A DNA stretch of 64,000 bases from Kiritimatiellia bacterium (GTDB taxonomy: Bacteria > Verrucomicrobiota > Kiritimatiellia > JAAZAB01), in assembly GCA_040767085.1 (NCBI GenBank), contig JAXGPF010000009.1, positions 128,001 to 192,000 of the forward strand, read 5' to 3'. Positions 58,492 to 64,000 of the stretch are shown one piece after another. The notes under the pieces were generated by a model that saw only the letters and a list, made by a program, of their open reading frames with translations, was not told the DNA's origin and did no database searches. The stretch's first letter is position 1. Every line of letters starts with the position of its first letter. The position numbers were made by a program, and so were the translations under genes.

Positions 58492-59679
58492 TTAATACCT
58501 TCCATATTCCCGCCAGGCTTCCCACATGGCCATGATGTTTTCCGGCGGCACATCCGCCTGGATGTTGTGCACCGTGTTGAACACGAACCCGCCGCCCGGC
58601 ATCAGCGCTTCCAGGTTGCGGCGGACATCGTCCCTGATCTCCGCCGGCGTGCCGCGCGGCAAAACCTGCTGGGTTTCCACCCCGCCCCCCCAGAAGGCGA
58701 TGGCCGACCCGAAATCGCGCTTCAACGCCGCCGGCGCCATCCCGGCGGCGCTGACATGGATCGGATTGAGGATATCCACGCCGATTTCAATCAAATCCGG
58801 GATGATCGGACGGACATTGCCGCAGGAATGGAAGAAAATCCAGCCGCGTTCGCCCACCGGCTTCCGGGCCTTGAATTTCCGGACAATCGCGGCGAAAATC
58901 CGGCGCAGACGCGGTTTCATCAAGCCGCGGAAGGTGTCGGGCGCAATCAACTGGCTGGCCTGCGTTCCGTAATCGTCGTTTTCCACCGCGATATCCACCA
59001 ATGCGCCGAGTTCCTCCAGCGCCATTTCCCAGAATTCCAGCTTCAGCTCGGTAATTTTATCCAGTAAAGCCCCGGCAACTTCCGGCGCCGCCAGCGTATC
59101 GCATAAAAAATTTTCCATACCGCGCAGCCGCTGCCCCATTTCAAACGGCCCGGCGCAAATTCCCTTGAGCATGACGATTTTGCCGGCGGCGCGGAATTTC
59201 ACGGCCTGCTCGCGCAAGCCGGCAATCCGTTCCGGCCAGGCCGCCCGGGGCCAGGGATATTCCTGGATTTGCCGCGCCCCGGCGTCAGCGCCATCCAGCG
59301 GCGAGCGCGCCAGGCTCCACCAGTACCCCCCCTTGGGGAAGCGCTGCACCAAGCCCCACTCGTCAACGTGCTCCAGGTAATCGCCCTTTTCAGCGGGATG
59401 GATGTTCCAGTTGTGGCTGCAGAGGGGAAACAGGCCGCGCGTGTCCACCAGCAGCCGGCCGCATAGCTGTTCGCCAGGAATCGCAATCTGCTGATACACG
59501 TCGGCCAACGGCGCCGGCGCGCCGGCCAGCCCCAGATGCCCGCACAGGTTGCGATAGGCCTCACGGTGAATGCCGGTGACATGCGTGCCGCCCAGATCGA
59601 ACGGTACATGGTCGGGTTCCCGATGTTCCAGCGCCGCGATAATTCTTGCGCGCGAATTCACGCCTTGCCTCCAATCCAT
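58492..59679 (-). CDS. Uroporphyrinogen decarboxylase (URO-D/MtaA-like) family protein
   Basis: EPDHVPFDLGG, DDYGTQ, FFHSCG and GGGFVFNTVHNIQ. Confidence 0.9.
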   Translation of the reverse strand: MDWRQGVNSRARIIAALEHREPDHVPFDLGGTHVTGIHREAYRNLCGHLGLAGAPAPLADVYQQIAIPGEQLCGRLLVDTRGLFPLCSHNWNIHPAEKGDYLEHVDEWGLVQRFPKGGYWWSLARSPLDGADAGARQIQEYPWPRAAWPERIAGLREQAVKFRAAGKIVMLKGICAGPFEMGQRLRGMENFLCDTLAAPEVAGALLDKITELKLEFWEMALEELGALVDIAVENDDYGTQASQLIAPDTFRGLMKPRLRRIFAAIVRKFKARKPVGERGWIFFHSCGNVRPIIPDLIEIGVDILNPIHVSAAGMAPAALKRDFGSAIAFWGGGVETQQVLPRGTPAEIRDDVRRNLEALMPGGGFVFNTVHNIQADVPPENIMAMWEAWREYGRY

Positions 59680-59916
59680 GCCTTACGATATAACTCCGGC
59701 CGGCAAGGCCCGCCCGGCCGGAGGCGCACCGCCTGCTTGGCCTTCGATTCCAAAATCAAAACCATATTCAATATTACGGCGGAAGTCCATGCGAAAACCA
59801 GGTTTTACAGAATGATATGTTTTGACTTGGCCGGATTTTTAAGCTATTAATTGTTGGTTTTTGCCAGTGATTTGAGGTATAATTTTTCACATTCATCATC
59901 ACATAGGGTGTCCGGT

Positions 59917-60558
59917 ATGCCGACGAAAATTAAATCAAAACAGACCATTCTGTTTGCAGGCGACAGCATCACCGATTGCGGGCGGCGCGTGGATGGCTTT
60001 CCTTTCGGCAATGGCTACGTCCGGATTTTCCGCGATTTGATGGCCATCCGCGAGCCGGAAAAGAAGGTGACGATCATCAACAAAGGCATCGGCGGCAATA
60101 CGGTGGTGGACCTTTCCGCGCGCTGGACGGACGACGTCTTGCGCATGCGCCCCGACTGGCTCTCCATCCTGATCGGCATCAATGACTTGCACCGCTACAT
60201 GCGCAACCTCGAAACAACCGTCCCGCCGGCACTCTACGAGCAGAAGTACCGGGAGATTCTGGAACGCACCCGCAAAATCCTGCCGGGATGTCAATTTATC
60301 CTGATCGAGCCGTTTTACATCAGCGCCGAAAACTCGCCCAACAGCCTCCGGCATAGCGTGCTGCAATTAATGCCGGAATACCTGGCCGTGGTGCATAAAT
60401 TGAGCCGGCAGTACAAAACCCGCCTGGTGCGGGCGCATCAGATGTTTCAGAAAATCATCCGGACGCAGCCGGCGGACATGTTATGCCCCGAGCCGGTCCA
60501 CCCCAACTCCACCGGCCACCTGGCGCTGGCCGAAGCGGTTTATGCCGGTTTTTGCTGA
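59917..60558 (+). CDS. SGNH/GDSL hydrolase
   Basis: GDSITD, NKGIGG, GIND and EPVHPN. Confidence 0.92.
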   Translation: MPTKIKSKQTILFAGDSITDCGRRVDGFPFGNGYVRIFRDLMAIREPEKKVTIINKGIGGNTVVDLSARWTDDVLRMRPDWLSILIGINDLHRYMRNLETTVPPALYEQKYREILERTRKILPGCQFILIEPFYISAENSPNSLRHSVLQLMPEYLAVVHKLSRQYKTRLVRAHQMFQKIIRTQPADMLCPEPVHPNSTGHLALAEAVYAGFC

Positions 60559-60584
60559 ACCGCCGCCTTGCATCCGAGGACGCC

Positions 60585-61046
60585 ATGATTATAGATCAAT
60601 TGCAGAATGCCGCCTTTTATCAAGGACTGGGGCGCCGCATTGCCGCAGGCCTGTGTTTCCTGGCGGAGCATGATTGCCGGACGCTGTCCCCGGGCCGGCA
60701 TGCCATAGACGGCGACGCCGTCTATGCCCTGGCGCAGGAATACCAGACCAAGCCGCGGACCGCCGGCCTTTGGGAAGCGCACCGCCGATATCTTGATATT
60801 CAATATATCGCCAGCGGCTCCGAAATCATGGGCTACGCCCCCATCACGGCGCTGTCAGTGCAAGCGCCCTACACCGCGGAAAAGGATTGCGAACTCTTCG
60901 GCGGGCCCACGGCGGGGCTGGGCGAGTTTTTCCGCATGCCCGCCGGCTTTTTTGCGATTTTTGCGCCAGCCGACGGACACATGCCCGGCCTGGCGGACGG
61001 CGCGCCGGCCGCGGTGCGCAAGGTCGTTGTGAAGGTTAAAATCTGA
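60585..61046 (+). CDS. YhcH/YjgK/YiaL (NanQ-like) family protein
   Basis: WEAHRRYLDIQY and FAIFAP.DGHMPG...VRKVVVKV. Confidence 0.92.
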   Translation: MIIDQLQNAAFYQGLGRRIAAGLCFLAEHDCRTLSPGRHAIDGDAVYALAQEYQTKPRTAGLWEAHRRYLDIQYIASGSEIMGYAPITALSVQAPYTAEKDCELFGGPTAGLGEFFRMPAGFFAIFAPADGHMPGLADGAPAAVRKVVVKVKI

Positions 61047-61109
61047 GGCAAGTTGGCGGCAGTTCGCCACAATCAAACAGCCAGAAGACAAAATTCAGAG
61101 ACGGGGAAT

Positions 61110-61182
61110 CAACCGCCAAAGAACGCAAAAAAGCACAAAGCAATACAGTTCCCTTTGTGATCCTTGCGCTCCTTTGCGGAAA
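61110..61182. repeat. Imperfect palindrome of ~9-bp units
   Basis: CCGCCAAAGAACGCAAAAAAGCACAAAG...CTTTGTGATCCTTGCGCTCCTTTGCGG; a similar half-site lies at ~31330-31360. Confidence 0.5.
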
Positions 61183-61209
61183 ATTAATTACAAGGAACAG
61201 GAGGAAATC

Positions 61210-61392
61210 ATGGACAACTGCAAAACCAAACACGACCATCACGGACATCTTTGCGTGCTGGCGAGCGCGAAACAATTCGCGGAAATCGAAAAGCTGGTCA
61301 ACCGGCCGCGCTTCATCTGCTTTAACTGCGGCCGCGTGGCACATGCGGCCAGGAACCTGTGCAATCCCATGCCCCTGAAGGAAAATTCTTAA
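61210..61392 (+). CDS. Small Cys/His-rich putative metal-binding protein
   Basis: GGAGG RBS; HLC...PRFICFNCGRVA....NLCNP. Confidence 0.75.
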   Translation: MDNCKTKHDHHGHLCVLASAKQFAEIEKLVNRPRFICFNCGRVAHAARNLCNPMPLKENS

Positions 61393-62651
61393 TGCAACGC
61401 GCGCAACCCGCCGACCACAGCCGGCATCCCAATCCGGCCATCCGCGCCGCCTGGCAGCGCGGCCTGGATGTGCTGAAACCGACCCCCGCGCAACTCCAGC
61501 ACGGCTTGGAACTGCACGCCTCCCTTTTGACCTGCGATAATTTCGGGTTTATGCCCAGCATCTGGACGAAGGAGTCCGCGCGCATCTGGACCGAACTCCA
61601 GGACGGCGAAATCGGCGCCCGCGAACACCATTTTCTCTCCAGCGTGGCCCGCACGCTGGGCCCCACCCGCGACCTGGAGGCCGCGCGCGAATTTGTCGCG
61701 GCTTTCGACGCCACGGGCCTGCGCTGCATGGTGCTGACGGTTGCGGAAGGCAAATCGCGCGAAGAGGATATCAAGCGCATGGCCGCCTACCGGCAGGTGC
61801 TGCGCGTTTTCCGGCAACGCCTGACCCAGGCCGGCAGCGCGGCGGAAGTCCGCGAAGCCGCCCGGGCCGGGCGCACCGCCGTCGTCTGGAGCGTGAACGG
61901 TCCGCCCATCGTCGGCAGTCTGCGGGATCCCGACGAAGAACTCGGCTGGATTGAACCATGGTACAACCTGGGCGTGCGGCTGATGCACCTGACATATAAC
62001 CGGCGCAATTTCATCGGCGACGGCTGCGCTGAAACCGGCAACGCCGGGTTGAGCGAACTGGGCCGGGAGTTGATCAGGAAAATGAACCAGGTCGGCATCA
62101 TCGTGGACACGCCCCACAGCGGCGACCGCACGACCATTGAAGCCGCGCGCGCCTCGGCCAAGCCTATGACCGCCAGCCACACCGGCGCCAAGGGTGTTTT
62201 CGAACACATGCGCTGCAAGAGCGACGCCGCCATCAAGGCCATCGCCGATACCGGCGGACTGCTGGGCGTTTACGTGCTCCCCAACATGCTGGGGCCCAAG
62301 GCCAACCTGAACACCATGCTGGATCACGTGGATTACATCGCCCGGTTGGCCGGCACAGACCACGTGGCCATCGGCACGGACACCTCTTTCGTCACGCCGT
62401 TCCCCCCCGGGATTGAACGCCGGAAAAACGCCCGGTTTGACGCGCGCTGGTGGGGCAATTGGAAACCCGACAACCATCCCCTGCCCGTTTCCGACGAGGC
62501 TTCCGCCGGCAGCCTGGCCTGGACGAATTGGCCGCTTTATACCGTCGGCCTGGTGATGCGCGGTTACAGCGACGACGACGCGGCCAAGATTCTGGGCGGC
62601 AATTTCATGCGCGTCCTGGAAGCCAACCGGCCGGCGGAGGAAGTTGAATAA
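61392..62651 (+). CDS. Membrane dipeptidase (M19) family protein
   Basis: HLTYNRRN.IGDG, GLSELG, VDTPHSG, SHTG and HVAIGTD. Confidence 0.9.
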   Translation: MQRAQPADHSRHPNPAIRAAWQRGLDVLKPTPAQLQHGLELHASLLTCDNFGFMPSIWTKESARIWTELQDGEIGAREHHFLSSVARTLGPTRDLEAAREFVAAFDATGLRCMVLTVAEGKSREEDIKRMAAYRQVLRVFRQRLTQAGSAAEVREAARAGRTAVVWSVNGPPIVGSLRDPDEELGWIEPWYNLGVRLMHLTYNRRNFIGDGCAETGNAGLSELGRELIRKMNQVGIIVDTPHSGDRTTIEAARASAKPMTASHTGAKGVFEHMRCKSDAAIKAIADTGGLLGVYVLPNMLGPKANLNTMLDHVDYIARLAGTDHVAIGTDTSFVTPFPPGIERRKNARFDARWWGNWKPDNHPLPVSDEASAGSLAWTNWPLYTVGLVMRGYSDDDAAKILGGNFMRVLEANRPAEEVE

Positions 62652-62670
62652 CTCAACCAGAACAAGGAGA

Positions 62671-63999
62671 ATGGAATCAATGTCCTTGCGCAACATAGGC
62701 AAACGCGGACTGTGGCTGGCGGTGGCGGCGCTGCTGGGTTGGAACCTGGTGGTGGGCGCCAAACTCGCCGCCCAGGCGGATAAAACCAGCGACACCACGA
62801 GCGTTGCCTTTGAAAAAATGCAGTTGCTGGCCGAGGTGATGCTGCAAATCCGCCAGAATTACGTGGACGAGGACAAGACCGGTTTCAAGGAACTGATGTA
62901 CGGCGCCCTGCGCGGCATGCTGCAGTCGCTCGATCCCCACAGCCAGTTCATGGACCCGGATATGTTCAACGACATGAAAAGCGATACCGCCGGCGAGTTC
63001 GGCGGCGTGGGTATCGTCATCGGCCACCGCGACGGGGTGCTGACGGTCATCGCCCCCATGGAAGACACGCCGGCTTTCCGCGCCGGCATCCTGCATGGCG
63101 ACAAGATCGTGGAGATTGACGCCGAATCCACCGAAACGCTTTCGCTGCAAGACGCCGTCAAGCGCATGCGGGGCGAACCGGGCACGAAGGTGAAATTGAA
63201 AATCCTGCGCGTCAATCCGCAGGAGATCAAAGAAGTCGAAATCATCCGGGCGGTGATCAAGGTGGACAGCGTCAAGGACGCGCGCATGCTGGATGACGGC
63301 ATCGGCTATGTGCGCATTACCCAGTTTAACGAACCCACGGCCGACGCCTTGCAAATTGCCATGGAAACCCTGCTGAAGCAGCAAATGCGCGCGCTGGTGC
63401 TGGATTTGCGCAACAATCCCGGCGGGCTGTTGAGTTCCGCGGTGGAAGTCAGCCAGAAATTCCTCGAAAGCGGCGCCAAAATCGTCACCACCCGCGGACG
63501 CCAGAAGGCCATGACGCAAACCCAGTACGCCGCGCGGGGCCGGCACCATTACCTGGATTTCCCCATGGCGATCCTGGTCAACGGCGGCAGCGCCAGCGCC
63601 TCGGAAATCGTGGCGGGCGCCCTGCAGGATGCCCGCCGCGCCGTGCTGGTGGGCGAACGCACGTTCGGCAAGGGATCGGTGCAAAGCGTGGTGCCGATGC
63701 CCGACGGCTCCGCCATCCGTTTGACGACGGCCAAGTATTATACGCCGAATGAACGCATGATTCATGAAAAAGGCATTGATCCCGATATCATCGTCCCCCT
63801 CTCCGGCGAAGACTGGTTCAAAATTCTTGCCCAGCGTTCGCGCGAGGAATACGGGGAGGCCGCGCCGACCAACAGCCTGCCGCAGGCAATGGTGCAGCCC
63901 GCGCAGGATAAAGTGACGGATGCGCAACTGGAACGCGCCGTGGACGTTCTCAAGGGCATCATGCTTTTCAATTCCGCCAGTCATGCCGCCCGGCGTTGA
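62671..63999 (+). CDS. ctpA: S41A C-terminal processing peptidase (CtpA/Prc-like); start uncertain
   Basis: LDPHS, PDZ FGGVGI, LDLRNNPGG, SASASEI and GERTFGKGSVQ. Confidence 0.93.
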   Translation: MESMSLRNIGKRGLWLAVAALLGWNLVVGAKLAAQADKTSDTTSVAFEKMQLLAEVMLQIRQNYVDEDKTGFKELMYGALRGMLQSLDPHSQFMDPDMFNDMKSDTAGEFGGVGIVIGHRDGVLTVIAPMEDTPAFRAGILHGDKIVEIDAESTETLSLQDAVKRMRGEPGTKVKLKILRVNPQEIKEVEIIRAVIKVDSVKDARMLDDGIGYVRITQFNEPTADALQIAMETLLKQQMRALVLDLRNNPGGLLSSAVEVSQKFLESGAKIVTTRGRQKAMTQTQYAARGRHHYLDFPMAILVNGGSASASEIVAGALQDARRAVLVGERTFGKGSVQSVVPMPDGSAIRLTTAKYYTPNERMIHEKGIDPDIIVPLSGEDWFKILAQRSREEYGEAAPTNSLPQAMVQPAQDKVTDAQLERAVDVLKGIMLFNSASHAARR

Positions 64000-64000
64000 G

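Noticed and set aside
57046-59067. 673-aa plus-strand ORF (and similar long ORFs at 41778, 50492, 61389 and 62677)
   Set aside because: Antisense shadows of well-supported genes in GC-rich DNA.

Overview
The window has two parts. Bases 1-30886 are the right-hand part of a lower-GC, IS-riddled genomic island that ends in a duplicated 3' half of tRNA-Pro(CGG) at 30842-30886 (an att site). The island carries defence-type genes: the end of a UvrD helicase, a GmrSD-like DUF262/HNH nuclease, PD-(D/E)XK nucleases, an XRE regulator, and an ArdC/ImmA-like metallopeptidase. It also holds IS66 and ISL3 elements, a 3.7-kb Zn-finger/DDE/ExeA-ATPase transposon with a 3-bp target duplication, a phage-satellite-like replication module (Xis-like HTH, replication initiator, primase-helicase, serine resolvase) and an integron-like attI/attC cassette region with no integrase. 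Bases ~30900-64000 are GC-rich host chromosome. The C-terminal GTVFxxR motif and gene content suggest a PVC-group, probably Kiritimatiellota/Lentisphaerae-like, bacterium (inference). This part has a GIY-YIG gene behind a structured palindromic leader, a GT-C glycosyltransferase, a large carbohydrate-utilisation cluster (GH20, two paralogous LamG/GH-A/CBM9 proteins, a heparinase II/III-like protein, oxidoreductases, AraC), a broken hicBA locus and housekeeping genes up to ctpA. All family assignments come from motif recognition by eye; no searches were run.
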